From: Pseudomonadota bacterium
GTDB lineage: Bacteria; Chloroflexota; UBA5177
Length of the DNA stretch: 64,000 bases
Assembly (NCBI GenBank): GCA_021324655.1
Contig: JAJPIP010000044.1
Coordinates: forward strand, 12,840 to 76,839
Direction: 5' to 3'
Shown: piece after piece, positions 45,969-56,211 of the stretch
How positions within the stretch are numbered: the stretch's first letter is position 1
Layout of the letters: each line of letters opens with the position of its first letter
Made by a program: the position numbers and the translations under genes
Notes under the pieces: generated by a model
The model's database searches: none
Seen by the model: the letters and a program-made list of their open reading frames with translations, nothing else
What the model was told of the DNA's origin: nothing

Positions 45969-46649
45969 CTACACTCGCACCCGGCGCTCGGCGAGTACGA
46001 CCGCTGCCGTGATGAGACAGAGCCAGAGCGCGTGAGACCCGGCGGAAACGCGCTCAACCACGCCGGCATCGGGACTCGCCGGATAGCTCACGAACAGCCC
46101 CCAGAAGATCAGGATCAGCAGGCCGCTGACGTACGAGTACACGGCCCATGCACGCCAGTGGGGTGAGCGCGCAAAGATCGCACCCATCGCGAAGCAACCC
46201 TGCGCCAGGTCGATGATGAGCGCGTACGCCAGAACGATGTGCGCGGTCTCACGCACCGAGACGATGCCGAGAGCAATCAGGCACAGACCGCCGCATGCCT
46301 GGAACACCGGGAACCAGATCCCGCCCCGCCGCGGCATCAAGAGCCGGTACCAGCCGGCCGCCGAGAGTGCCATCAAGATGCCGAAGACGACGAAATTGGT
46401 CTGCTGCACCCATCCGCCGGGATCCAGGCTCAGGGCACTGATCGGTTGCCGCCAGGCATCGTAGCCGGGATGCGAGATCCCGTCCAGGAGGTAGGTGACG
46501 GTGAAAAGGAAGGCGCCAATTCCTCCGCAGGTCACCAGCCCAAGCGTGAGCGGGGACGGGACGCCGGTCGCGAGGCGGGAGGACGGCGATGCCGCTCTGT
46601 CGTCGATGCGAGCCCGTCCCGCAAGGTTCTCCGCCGGAGCGTCCGTCAT
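45969..46649 (-). CDS. DUF998-like membrane protein
   Basis: PGYD...ISAL...NF, H and G..ER motifs; multi-TM. Confidence 0.75.
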   Translation of the reverse strand: MTDAPAENLAGRARIDDRAASPSSRLATGVPSPLTLGLVTCGGIGAFLFTVTYLLDGISHPGYDAWRQPISALSLDPGGWVQQTNFVVFGILMALSAAGWYRLLMPRRGGIWFPVFQACGGLCLIALGIVSVRETAHIVLAYALIIDLAQGCFAMGAIFARSPHWRAWAVYSYVSGLLILIFWGLFVSYPASPDAGVVERVSAGSHALWLCLITAAVVLAERRVRV

Positions 46650-46669
46650 ACGCGCTTCCCGCCCATGGT

Positions 46670-47965
46670 CTAAGCGCCGGCCGGTGACAGCGCCGGCTCG
46701 TGCGCTGCCACGGCGCGCTCCTCATCCTCGACGCTCCTCACCTGGGTATGCGCCGCCTCCAGATTGATGGAGAGAAGCATCAGCAGGTCGAGCACCGTCA
46801 TGACGGCCAGCACGGCGAAGATGCTGCGGTAGCCGAAGTGGTCGATGAGGACGCCCGTGATGACGATGCTGACCGGGACGGCCGCGGCTCCGAACGCGGT
46901 CTGGATGCCGGTGAAGACGCCGACCTTGCTGGCCGGGATGAGTTCGGCCAGAAGCGGGTAGGTGAGGGCATTGGTGGCGGCAAAGCCGCAGCCGGCGAAG
47001 ACGGCGAGCGGGAACACCCAGATGTAGGAGGGGACCATGATCCCGATTGCTGCCGCCGTCATCAAGGTGACCGTCCCCAGCACCACCATGCGCCGGTTGC
47101 CGTAGCGCGCGCCCAGCCGTCCGACCGGATAGGAGAGAACCGCACTGGTCAGGATCATCACGATGTAGACGATGAACGCCTGCGATTTGGTGGCACCCAA
47201 CACGTGGATCTGAAAGAGGTTCAGGAACGGGATGATGGCGTGGAGCCCCGTCCAGAGGAAGAACATGCTGGTCATCAGCTTGAACGCCTCGGTGAAGCGC
47301 CGCAGATCGCCCACATACACCCGGAACGGGATCTTCTCCTCCACCGTTGCCAGCGCCATGGTCTCCTTCGGCTCTTTGACGCCGAGGAAAACGACCGCGT
47401 AGCTGGCGAGCATCAAAGCGGCGCAGACGTAAAAGATCACGTCCGGAAGCGCGTTCTTCTTGAAGGTGACGGCGATGGTGAAGAGGACGATGCCGACCTG
47501 GCCGACGAGGCTGATCATCGCCAGGATCGAGTTGTAGACGGGCCGCTCCCCCGGCGTCGTGATGTCCACCATCAGCGCGGTATTGGGATCCTGCGCGACG
47601 TTCCAGGTGATGGAAAAGAGGATGACGCTGGCGGCGATCAAAGGCAGGGCGAAAGCGTGGTTGCCGTGCGCCACGATCGGGATCAGGCACAGGAAGAAGA
47701 TCGAGATCGGGACCCCGACGAGCAGGAAGGGGCGGCGCCGTCCCAGCGGGCTCGTCATGCGGTCACTCCAGCGTCCCACCAGCGGCTGGATGATGACTCC
47801 CTCCATCGTCTGGGTGTTGGAGAGGTAGCCAAGGATGAACGGATTGGAGGTAAAGGCGTTGAGGTAGACGCTCAGGATCGCGTTGTTGAATCCCGAGTAC
47901 ACGCCGTTCCCGATATTCCCGAAAGCGTAGAAGACTTTCTGGCGGAGGCTCGATGTGGTGGCCAT
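46670..47965 (-). CDS. MFS transporter (sugar/SLC45-like)
   Basis: QPLVGRWSDR...GRRRPF; about 12 TM helices. Confidence 0.9.
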   Translation of the reverse strand: MATTSSLRQKVFYAFGNIGNGVYSGFNNAILSVYLNAFTSNPFILGYLSNTQTMEGVIIQPLVGRWSDRMTSPLGRRRPFLLVGVPISIFFLCLIPIVAHGNHAFALPLIAASVILFSITWNVAQDPNTALMVDITTPGERPVYNSILAMISLVGQVGIVLFTIAVTFKKNALPDVIFYVCAALMLASYAVVFLGVKEPKETMALATVEEKIPFRVYVGDLRRFTEAFKLMTSMFFLWTGLHAIIPFLNLFQIHVLGATKSQAFIVYIVMILTSAVLSYPVGRLGARYGNRRMVVLGTVTLMTAAAIGIMVPSYIWVFPLAVFAGCGFAATNALTYPLLAELIPASKVGVFTGIQTAFGAAAVPVSIVITGVLIDHFGYRSIFAVLAVMTVLDLLMLLSINLEAAHTQVRSVEDEERAVAAHEPALSPAGA

Positions 47966-48046
47966 GCTGCCCTCCTTGACGGCTACACGGTACACCTCTT
48001 GACGGCACAATGCCATCCGTAGTTTTACCGAACGGAGTCGGGCCCC

Positions 48047-49354
48047 TCAGTGCTGCAGTGCCGCCGCGAATCCGGCCGGCGTTTCGCCCGGCGAGACGCG
48101 GATGCGGGGCAGGTGCCAGAGGCTCCTGGCCGTCTCGGTGGCCGACGAAATCCGCGTGTCGGTGACGCCGCCGACGTAGCCGAGGCGGGCCAGCTGTCTG
48201 AAGAGAGCCAGTTGCTGGGGTCCGACCTCCGACGCCAGCGGATAGGGCCAGAGCGCCCCGGTATAGGCGACGAACTGCACGGGCTCGCCGCTGACGGCGC
48301 TCAGCTGTTGCGCCGAGGCGCCGGCCTCGGACCGGAGCTGCGCCGGCGTCAGCTGCCACAGCACCTGCTGATCTTTCTGCCCGTGGTCTTCGATCCAGAA
48401 GCCCATCCGCGTCAGTTGCCGGATCTGCGTCCAACTCAGGTAGTGCTGCACGTCGAGGTGATTGCGCGTCTCGACCGTCTGGCCGACGAGCCCCGCGCAG
48501 GGAAAGAACACGGCGGTGAAACCGTCGCGGCGGAGCACGGGAACGGCATAGCGCCACGGCGAGGCTCGCCCGTCGTCAAAGGTGAGGACCACGGAGCGGG
48601 CGGGCAGCGGTAAGCCGTAGAGAAGAGCATCGGCGAGCCGCGCGAGAGAAATAACCGCATAGTGCCGGTTGGCCAGGTAGCCCATCTCGGCGGCGAATTG
48701 TTGGGGCGGGACGGTCAGCCCATACTCGATAGCGTAGCCATAGGAGTTCGTCCACTGTGACGGCAACGGGAGCGGCGCTACGCGGTGGTACATGAGAATC
48801 GGCACATGCACCCGCGCCTGGACCGCTCGGCGCGGCACGATGACCGGCGCGTCCAGCGAGGCCGGCCCCTCACCCACCACCAGGGCACGGTGGCGGCGAA
48901 TGACGAGGCTGAGCGACAGATGGCCGTACGCGACGGCGACTCCGGAAGGCTGAAGAGTCCCGGCAAACGTGACGGCAATCGGAACCGTCCAGGCCGATGA
49001 GATATGCAGTCGGGGGTTCTCGAGGCTCTGCCAGGGTGTTCCATGGCGCGGCCGTCCGACACGGACACGTATGACCCGCAGTCCGCCGAACTTCACGCGC
49101 AACATCGCCGAGCGAGCAGCCGCGCTCGGCCAGGATGCTTGCGCCTCGGGCGCCAGCTCCCTCCACTGCGCACCATATGATCCCCGAGCGAACTGCCGGG
49201 AGAATCGGCGCGCCGCGCTGGTGACAGCGGCGGCCGGAGACGGGACCGCCGCCTTCTTCGCGACGATCACCCCCGCCGTCCGGGGGGTGCCGCACCCGGC
49301 GAAGACGATGGTGAGCAGTAGAGGCGCGAGGCAGGGAGCAGTGGGGAAAGGCAT
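48047..49354 (-). CDS. Lipoprotein with C-terminal polysaccharide deacetylase domain
   Basis: Lipobox FAGC; PILMYH, LTFDDG, LSW and LPRI motifs. Confidence 0.82.
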   Translation of the reverse strand: MPFPTAPCLAPLLLTIVFAGCGTPRTAGVIVAKKAAVPSPAAAVTSAARRFSRQFARGSYGAQWRELAPEAQASWPSAAARSAMLRVKFGGLRVIRVRVGRPRHGTPWQSLENPRLHISSAWTVPIAVTFAGTLQPSGVAVAYGHLSLSLVIRRHRALVVGEGPASLDAPVIVPRRAVQARVHVPILMYHRVAPLPLPSQWTNSYGYAIEYGLTVPPQQFAAEMGYLANRHYAVISLARLADALLYGLPLPARSVVLTFDDGRASPWRYAVPVLRRDGFTAVFFPCAGLVGQTVETRNHLDVQHYLSWTQIRQLTRMGFWIEDHGQKDQQVLWQLTPAQLRSEAGASAQQLSAVSGEPVQFVAYTGALWPYPLASEVGPQQLALFRQLARLGYVGGVTDTRISSATETARSLWHLPRIRVSPGETPAGFAAALQH

Positions 49355-49559
49355 CGTGATGTCGCATCACAGGGTACGGGATGAGCGCCTGAGATGCCCT
49401 GCGATCTGTCCGTTCCAACGGTGGACCGCAGAGCGAGGCTCGGCACGTCTGTCACGTCTCCGCACGGCGGTGGGCGTCGTCTGAGCAGCCGCTCTACTAT
49501 GAAGCACGCCGGCGCGGAGTTCTCCGTGACGAGCCCTTCGTCAGGGAACAGAAGGTGGG

Positions 49560-50351
49560 ATGAGTGGAGTAGATCGCGAGCCACTGGACACGATTCCAAC
49601 TGATGAGGTTCCGCTGCTAGGCGGGAATGTCAGCACCGTCGTCCGTTCCGGCCACACCGTGCGGCGCTCGACTGGTCTCTGGACCCCAGCAGTCCATGCC
49701 TGGCTACGGCACCTGGAGGCGGTGGGATTTGACGGTGCGCCACGCGCCCTGGGGATCGACGAGCAGGGCCGGGAGATCCTCACGTACTTCGACGGGGATG
49801 TCTTTCCGTACCCTATGCCGGACTATGTGTGGTCGGATGACACGCTGGCGTCGGTTGCCGGGTTCACGCGCCGCCTGCACGACGCGGCCGCGACCTTTGT
49901 GCCGCCGCCCGATGCCGCCTGGCGGCGGCAGGCCGGCGCTCCGCCCGGACCGGTTATCTGCCACAACGACATAGCCCCCTACAACACCGTTTTTCGGAAG
50001 GGACGCGTCGCCGGCTTCATCGACTGGGATTTCTCCGCTCCCGGACCGGGGGAGTGGGACCTGGCCTGGATCGCCTGGCACTATGTACCGCTCTATGAGA
50101 TGGACGGACCGCCGCTTGACCGCCCCCGCCGCCTCCGGCTTCTCGCCGACGAGTACGGTCTGCCATCGCGCGAGGCACTACTCCCAACCATTGCCGAGCG
50201 GCAGCGCTGCTGCATCCGGACCTACGACGAGTTCTCCGCTGCCGGCGATCCCGCCTTCATCAAGATGGTGGAGGAAGGACACCGCGACGGTGTCCAGAAC
50301 AGCCTGAACTGGCTCCAGGAGCACTGGGAAGAGCTGGCGCGGGCGCTATGA
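49560..50351 (+). CDS. APH-like phosphotransferase
   Basis: CHNDIAPYN and IDWD motifs. Confidence 0.85.
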   Translation: MSGVDREPLDTIPTDEVPLLGGNVSTVVRSGHTVRRSTGLWTPAVHAWLRHLEAVGFDGAPRALGIDEQGREILTYFDGDVFPYPMPDYVWSDDTLASVAGFTRRLHDAAATFVPPPDAAWRRQAGAPPGPVICHNDIAPYNTVFRKGRVAGFIDWDFSAPGPGEWDLAWIAWHYVPLYEMDGPPLDRPRRLRLLADEYGLPSREALLPTIAERQRCCIRTYDEFSAAGDPAFIKMVEEGHRDGVQNSLNWLQEHWEELARAL

Positions 50352-50360
50352 GACGACAAA

Positions 50361-50383
50361 GGGGCCCGAGTCGCTCGGGCCCC
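50361..50383. terminator. Hairpin terminator between convergent genes
   Basis: GGGGCCCGAG-tcg-CTCGGGCCCC. Confidence 0.75.
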
Positions 50384-50404
50384 CTGTCGCCGGATGGCCG
50401 GCAC

Positions 50405-50704
50405 CTACGGTGCGTATTCCGTGACCTCGTCGAAGTCCACGAACTCCGGGGGGCCGTCCATCAGATCGCCCAGCCGGCTCGTGAGCTCCGCCTGCTCGGG
50501 TGACTGCTCGTAGGCACGCGCCTTCTCCTGGCTGTCAAAGACCACGACCGCGTACAGCTCCTGGCCGTTCTTGCTGTTGCGTAAGCTCAGGCTGCGCACC
50601 CAACCGGAATCTCTCGACATGCGAGAGTCCACCTCGCGATACAGCTCGTCCAGTTCGTGTGCCTTACCTGGCTTGATCTGTGCCTTTATCAACTGTGCCC
50701 ACAT
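50405..50704 (-). CDS. ABM-like dimeric alpha/beta-barrel protein
   Basis: KPGK...VVFDS.E pattern; 99 aa. Confidence 0.7.
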   Translation of the reverse strand: MWAQLIKAQIKPGKAHELDELYREVDSRMSRDSGWVRSLSLRNSKNGQELYAVVVFDSQEKARAYEQSPEQAELTSRLGDLMDGPPEFVDFDEVTEYAP

Positions 50705-50737
50705 GCTCTTTCTCCCCGTGCAATAAACTGAACCGCT

Positions 50738-51205
50738 CTAAACAAGCGGTGGACCGTCGATCTCGGTGGCATACGCGTGGAAGTGGTCGACCATAGCTTG
50801 CTGGTCGAGTCCCTGATCCTGGAGGGCGGACATGCCACGCAGGAAGCCCTCGGTGCCGGGCAAGGTGAGGGCGAAGATGCGCCCCTCCTCCGGGCCGACG
50901 CTCGCGAAGCTGTGCGTCACTCCCCGTGGGACGTAGGCAAAGGTGCCGGCGCCGCCTTCGGTGACGTCGTCGCCGATCCGGAAGCGGTACCGCCCCGCCA
51001 GGACGAGGTAGAGTTCGTCCACCGCGGCATGCGTATGGAGGGGTGGTCCGCCGGGACCGGGATTGGTGCAGATGGCGGCGGTGAGCTGTCCGCCGGTGTC
51101 CGCATCAGACGCCAGGACCCGCAGCCCCAGATTCTCGATGGTCTCCCCCTCGTCAGGCTGCAGGGCGACGGGGCGAGCCCGGCCGGGGAGTGTTTCGGTC
51201 GTCAT
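50738..51205 (-). CDS. Cupin domain protein
   Basis: PLHTH...E...G and VPRGVTH motifs. Confidence 0.88.
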   Translation of the reverse strand: MTTETLPGRARPVALQPDEGETIENLGLRVLASDADTGGQLTAAICTNPGPGGPPLHTHAAVDELYLVLAGRYRFRIGDDVTEGGAGTFAYVPRGVTHSFASVGPEEGRIFALTLPGTEGFLRGMSALQDQGLDQQAMVDHFHAYATEIDGPPLV

Positions 51206-51224
51206 TGGGTTCTCCTCCTGCCGG

Positions 51225-51587
51225 TTAGCGAGAAGCGTCCCGCGGGAACTCGATGGCGACGTAGGGCTCGTCGCTGATCACCCACATGTCGTGACCCGGC
51301 GGTATATCGAAGGCATCGCCTGCCGCGATCTCGCGCTCGGTACCGTCGGCCATCTTGACTCTGATACGTCCCGCGCTGACATACCCGGTGTGGTGAACCT
51401 GACACAGATCCGTGCCGACGATCGGTTTGGCGTGCTCGGTCCAGTGAAATCCCGGTTGCGCCGTGCCCCGGACCGCCGTCAGCGCGCCGAGCGACACGAC
51501 ATCGGCCCGCAGCATCGTTCCCAGGCTCTGCTGGGTGTCCGGGACATCAAACGTTTTCACATGGATCTGGTCTGCCTGCGTCGTCAT
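51225..51587 (-). CDS. Cupin domain protein
   Basis: PGFHW...CQVHHTGY and IPPGHD.WV motifs; SD AAGGAGG. Confidence 0.85.
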   Translation of the reverse strand: MTTQADQIHVKTFDVPDTQQSLGTMLRADVVSLGALTAVRGTAQPGFHWTEHAKPIVGTDLCQVHHTGYVSAGRIRVKMADGTEREIAAGDAFDIPPGHDMWVISDEPYVAIEFPRDASR

Positions 51588-51627
51588 GATTCTGACCTCC
51601 TTGGCGCTTGCTGCGCTCACAGGGACC

Positions 51628-51712
51628 ATCCTACGCCGGCAGAGATGGTTTGCCGTCCCCCGTCAGGGATACGTCCCCGCGCCCAGGGGGATATTTTCGG
51701 CGCTGGGGGGAT
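51628..51712 (-). promoter_or_regulatory. Activator-type promoter with TATCCC boxes (LuxR-STAND target candidate)
   Basis: Minus strand AAATA-N20-TATCC-N33-TAGGAT; same geometry as 54664-54732. Confidence 0.6.
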
Positions 51713-51722
51713 AGTGGGCCGG

Positions 51723-54149
51723 TTAGTCGGGAGTGAGGCCGCGGCTGACCGCCCAGGCGGCGATTTGAGCCCGCGACGTGAAACCGAGCTTGGACAGGAT
51801 GTGCTTCACGTGCAGGCGCGCCGTGCCCTCTGTGATGAAGAGACGGGCGCCGATCTGGCGATTCGTCAGTCCCTGGGCGACCAGCGTCGCCACCTCTCGT
51901 TCGCGCGGCGTCAAGTCCTCGTCATCCGTCTCGGCGCGACTCGCGCCAGATCGTGCGTCCGTCAGTGCCTCAGCGACGACCTGATGCCAGGGTAAGGCGC
52001 GTCCCTCCGCCAGTGCGGCGGCCATCTCCGCCTCATCCAGGGCATCACCGATCGCGGCTCGCGTGCGATCGTAATCAGGGCGGTTGGCCGGCCACACGGA
52101 GATGCCGGCCGGCTCACGCACGGCCTGGGTGACACCCAGTAGCGAGGCCGCCCGCCGCGGCTGGCCTATCGCCACGAGGACCGCGGCCAGGCCATCCAGG
52201 CAATCCACCATGCCCTTCTGGTCTCCCTGGTCCCGGAAGAGAGCGAGACTCTCTCGAAAGAGCGTACGCGCCCGCCGCGTGTCGCCCTGGTGCAATGCGA
52301 CGTATCCGAGGTTGTGGAGCAAGCTTGGAACCGTCGCGGTGAGGCCCTGCCGTCGCAGAAGGTCGAGTGCCTCCTCGTAGCGCGCTTGCGCCTCCGTGTC
52401 GTTGCCCTTTGTCCGCGCAAGATCGCCGAGGAAGTTCAAGCGCTGCGCCGTCAACCACTCATCGCCAACCGCATATCCGAGCTGGAGCCCTTCCTCCAGC
52501 ATCGCCTTGCCGGCGCCACTCGGGTCGCCGTCCCGCAGCATCGGAAAGATATCGGCGGCACCCGTGGCGAGGGCGATACCCCAGTCGTCCCCGATCTCGG
52601 CGAAGAGGCGGAGCGCTTCGGCGACCGCCTCGCGAGCCCGCGGATGATCCACCGTCATCGGTAGCGACTGAAGTGTGTAGGCGAGGCGCCGCTTATCGCC
52701 GAGCGATCGCCAGAGAGCCTCGCTTTCCTCCGCCCGTTCCCGCGACCGGGAGGGGGTTCCCGCATGCCAGCCCAATTCGCACGCCGCGTAGAGCGCCCGG
52801 GCGCGCGCCGCCGGGGGTGTATCCGTTCCGCGGGCCAGCACGGCCTCCAGCCAGTCCAGTCCCTCGCTTATCTGTCCACGCATGACCCAGTAGAAGACCA
52901 GCGAACCGGCCAGGCGCTGTCCCAGCTCGACGTGCTGCGGAGCGGCGGATCGCCGGCTCCAGTCGAGCGCCGCCCGCAGGTTATCCTCCTCGGCCGCCAA
53001 TCGTTCCATCCACGGACCTCGGTCACCGCTCATCACGGCCGGTTCTGCTTCCTCCGCCATCCGGACGAAGTACTCGGCGTGCCGTGGTTGCAGCTTGCCC
53101 ATCTCGTCTTCCCCGGTCGCCAGGTCGCGCGCATATTGCCGGATCGGTTCCAGCAGGCGATACCGCACGCCGGCAGCCGTCGTCTGCGCCTCCACGAGGG
53201 ACTTCTCTACCAGGGATCGCAATACCCCCAGTACGTCGGATTCGGCGAGGCCGTTGTCACTGCAGACCCCTTCGGCGGCATCCACGTCAAAGCTGCCCGC
53301 GAACACCGCCAGGCTCCGAAACACCATCTGCTCCGGCGAATCGAGCAGAGCATAGCTCCAATCAAGTGCTGCCCGCAGTGTCTCCTGGCGGGACACGGTC
53401 CGGATCCCGCCCTCGAGGAGCCGCAAACTGTCGTCCAGCCTATCGACGATTTGTGCCGGCGTCAGCGCTCCTGCCTGTGCCGCGGCCAACTCGATGGCGA
53501 GCGGCAATCCCTCGAGATGCCGGCAGATGGCAGCGACAGCGGCAGCATTGCCCTGGGTCAGGTGAAAATCCGGACGGCGCGCCCTGGCACGTTCGACGAA
53601 GAGGGCCACCGAGGCTACCTCTGACAATTCCTCGATGGACGGCAACGGCTCGGGCGGAAGCGACAGCGCCGGCACCCGCCACGTCATCTCGCCGGCAACG
53701 CGTAATGGTTCCCGGCTCGTGGCCAGGATCTTCAGGTGTGGACAGGCCGCTACCAGCGTCTCCACCAGGCTCGCCACAGCCGCAATCATGTGTTCGCAGT
53801 TATCGAGTACGAGGAGCAGACGGCGGGAGTTCAAGGCGGCGACCAGAGTCGCGAGGAGAGGGCGTCCCGCCGTGCCGCGGACGCCGAGGGCAGTGGCGAC
53901 CGCTCGCGGCACCAGCGTCGAATCGGTCAATGGCGCCAGTTGAACCAGACATGCGCCATCCGGGAAGCCGGCGCGGAGATCGGCGGCAACGCGGAGAGCC
54001 AATCGTGTCTTGCCGCTTCCCCCCGGGCCGGTCAGAGTAAGAATGCGCGTTCGCGTAAAGAGGCTTCGGATTTCGGCGACCTCGCGGTCGCGCCCGATGA
54101 AGCTGGCGGCCTCAGCCGGCAACCGGGCGGGCGGGGAAGAAACAGTCAT
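51723..54149 (-). CDS. ATPase-TPR-LuxR (STAND) transcriptional regulator
   Basis: GPGGSGKT, LVLDNCEH, GLPLAIELAA; C-terminal LTPREREV LuxR HTH. Confidence 0.93.
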   Translation of the reverse strand: MTVSSPPARLPAEAASFIGRDREVAEIRSLFTRTRILTLTGPGGSGKTRLALRVAADLRAGFPDGACLVQLAPLTDSTLVPRAVATALGVRGTAGRPLLATLVAALNSRRLLLVLDNCEHMIAAVASLVETLVAACPHLKILATSREPLRVAGEMTWRVPALSLPPEPLPSIEELSEVASVALFVERARARRPDFHLTQGNAAAVAAICRHLEGLPLAIELAAAQAGALTPAQIVDRLDDSLRLLEGGIRTVSRQETLRAALDWSYALLDSPEQMVFRSLAVFAGSFDVDAAEGVCSDNGLAESDVLGVLRSLVEKSLVEAQTTAAGVRYRLLEPIRQYARDLATGEDEMGKLQPRHAEYFVRMAEEAEPAVMSGDRGPWMERLAAEEDNLRAALDWSRRSAAPQHVELGQRLAGSLVFYWVMRGQISEGLDWLEAVLARGTDTPPAARARALYAACELGWHAGTPSRSRERAEESEALWRSLGDKRRLAYTLQSLPMTVDHPRAREAVAEALRLFAEIGDDWGIALATGAADIFPMLRDGDPSGAGKAMLEEGLQLGYAVGDEWLTAQRLNFLGDLARTKGNDTEAQARYEEALDLLRRQGLTATVPSLLHNLGYVALHQGDTRRARTLFRESLALFRDQGDQKGMVDCLDGLAAVLVAIGQPRRAASLLGVTQAVREPAGISVWPANRPDYDRTRAAIGDALDEAEMAAALAEGRALPWHQVVAEALTDARSGASRAETDDEDLTPREREVATLVAQGLTNRQIGARLFITEGTARLHVKHILSKLGFTSRAQIAAWAVSRGLTPD

Positions 54150-54217
54150 CGTCTGTGACTACCACAGAACGGCGCAATTGTCGATGTGCACCCTGCTCGT
54201 CGTTCCTCCGCCTGAGG

Positions 54218-54622
54218 CTACGAGCCGGCAGGTGCCGGACGGTTGAACATGTAGTCGGTAATCTCCCAGCCCCGCGGTGAGTGATGCAGAATGAACAGCT
54301 CCCGGCTCACCGCCGAAATGGTATTCCCACCGATCGTAAAGGTGCCGGTCGTGTGGGTCTCGACGGCTGCCATGTCCCCGTCATGGCGGACACGGTCGAT
54401 GTGCAACTCCCGCTGACAGCTGAGGGCGCGGAAACTCTGCTGGAACATGGTGCGAATGTGCTCCCGTCCGGTGACCGTGCCCGTCTCATCGGCCATAAGT
54501 GTGCCGTCCACGGCGAAGACACGGGACACTCCGTCCGGGTCGGACCGGTTCAAGGCGTCGAAGTAGCCGCGAATCGGTTCATCAACCGAGTTGCCGTCGT
54601 GCTGCACCGAGGAACCTGTCAT
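54218..54622 (-). CDS. SnoaL/NTF2-like (YybH-type) protein
   Basis: YFDALN...F..DG, G.E.IR, RELFIL...W.I..YMFN; SD AGGAGG. Confidence 0.82.
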   Translation of the reverse strand: MTGSSVQHDGNSVDEPIRGYFDALNRSDPDGVSRVFAVDGTLMADETGTVTGREHIRTMFQQSFRALSCQRELHIDRVRHDGDMAAVETHTTGTFTIGGNTISAVSRELFILHHSPRGWEITDYMFNRPAPAGS

Positions 54623-54663
54623 GCAGCTACCTCCTGAGAGAGATCGACTATCCAGCAGTGTCC

Positions 54664-54732
54664 AGTCTACGTGGGCTCTCAGGAGGCAGCATCTCCCAAA
54701 GGGGATAGACGTCGCTGCGGGATGGGGTATTT
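54664..54732 (-). promoter_or_regulatory. Second activator-type promoter with identical box spacing
   Basis: Minus strand AAATA-N20-TATCC-N33-TAGACT. Confidence 0.6.
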
Positions 54733-54743
54733 CCAGGGCGCAG

Positions 54744-56042
54744 TTAGGCGACCTGGCCGATTACTCGCTCGAGGATGTCAAGCCCGTCGTTCAGCAGGTC
54801 ATGCGCGATGATCAGCGGCACCAGGATGCGAATCACATTGTCGTGCAGGCCCGCCTTGATGATGATCAGGCCGTCATCGGCGCAGCGATGGATGATCTCC
54901 GCCGTCTGCTCTTTGGCCGGCTCCTTGGTCGCACGATTCGTCACCAGTTCCATGGCCTGCATCGCACCCAGGCCGCGGACCTCGCCGATCAGGTCGTAGC
55001 GCTGCTGCATCTGCTGGAAGCGCTGCACCACGATCTGTCCGAGCTCGCGCGCTCGGGCGACGAGATTCTCCTCCTCAAAGATGTCGAGAACGGCCAGCGC
55101 CGCCGCGCAGGCCACGGGATTGCCGCCGTATGTCCCGCCGATGCCTCCCACGCCCGGAGCATCCATGATCTCGGCCCGACCTACCACCGCGCCCAACGGA
55201 AATCCGTCGGCCAGCGACTTCGCAAGGACGACCATGTCCGGCTCGATCCCGGCATGCTCGACGGCAAGCATCTGTCCGGTCCGTCCGAAACCGGTCTGGA
55301 CCTCGTCGGCGATGAGGAGGATGCCTTCACGGTCGGCGATGCGGCGCAAGGTGCGGAGCCACTCGGGCGGAGCGACGATGAAACCTCCCTCGCCCTGCAC
55401 CGGCTCGACGATGATGGCAGCGACGCGATTCGCTGCGACGGTGGTGGCGAAGAGGCGCTCGAGATCGCGGCCGCTCTCGGCTTCGTCCGAGTCGGAGCGA
55501 TAGGCATAGGGGTACCGCGCGTGATAGACGTCCGGCGCAAACGGACCGAAGCCCAACTTGTATGGCTTCTCCTTGCCGGTCAGCGTCATCGTCATCAAGG
55601 TGCGGCCATGGAAACTATTCTCGAAAGCGATGATGGCTGGGCGGCCGGTGGCGGCTCGCGCGACTTTGATCGCGTTCTCGACTGCCTCGGCGCCGCTGTT
55701 CAGCAGCAGTGTCTTCTTGGGCGATGAGCCGGGGACAAGCTTGGCGAGCCGCTCGGCTAAGTCGATATACGGCGCATACGGCGCGACCCCGAAGGCCATG
55801 TGAATGAGCTTCTCTGTCTGTCGCGTGACCGCGTCCACGACACGCTGCGGCGTATGCCCGACGTTCAGCGTCCCGATGCCACCGGCAAAGTCGATGTAGT
55901 GTTTGCCGTCGACGTCCCAGACCTCTGCCCCGTGCGCGTGATCCACGATGATGTTGTGGTAACTGGAGAGACCGCGCGGTACATACTGCGCCCGCTTGTC
56001 GAGCCACGTCGCTGACTTCTGTCCTGCCTCTACCGTCTGCAT
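54744..56042 (-). CDS. gabT: 4-aminobutyrate--2-oxoglutarate transaminase
   Basis: DFAGGIG, NSGAEAVENAIK, FHGRT, EPVQGEGG, DEVQTGFGRTG and GGTYGGNP motifs. Confidence 0.92.
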   Translation of the reverse strand: MQTVEAGQKSATWLDKRAQYVPRGLSSYHNIIVDHAHGAEVWDVDGKHYIDFAGGIGTLNVGHTPQRVVDAVTRQTEKLIHMAFGVAPYAPYIDLAERLAKLVPGSSPKKTLLLNSGAEAVENAIKVARAATGRPAIIAFENSFHGRTLMTMTLTGKEKPYKLGFGPFAPDVYHARYPYAYRSDSDEAESGRDLERLFATTVAANRVAAIIVEPVQGEGGFIVAPPEWLRTLRRIADREGILLIADEVQTGFGRTGQMLAVEHAGIEPDMVVLAKSLADGFPLGAVVGRAEIMDAPGVGGIGGTYGGNPVACAAALAVLDIFEEENLVARARELGQIVVQRFQQMQQRYDLIGEVRGLGAMQAMELVTNRATKEPAKEQTAEIIHRCADDGLIIIKAGLHDNVIRILVPLIIAHDLLNDGLDILERVIGQVA

Positions 56043-56211
56043 GATGACCCTCCGTCGTCTCGGACGTTAATCGCGCGGGCTACGCTTTCCCGCGATTTCG
56101 AGCCGCACCGCTACGATATGCGTCCGGTCTCTGCCCCATCATACGCCGATTTCCGGCACATCAACGGTGCAGGACAGACGGTTTGTGCAGGCCATGGGCA
56201 GCGCGGAATCA

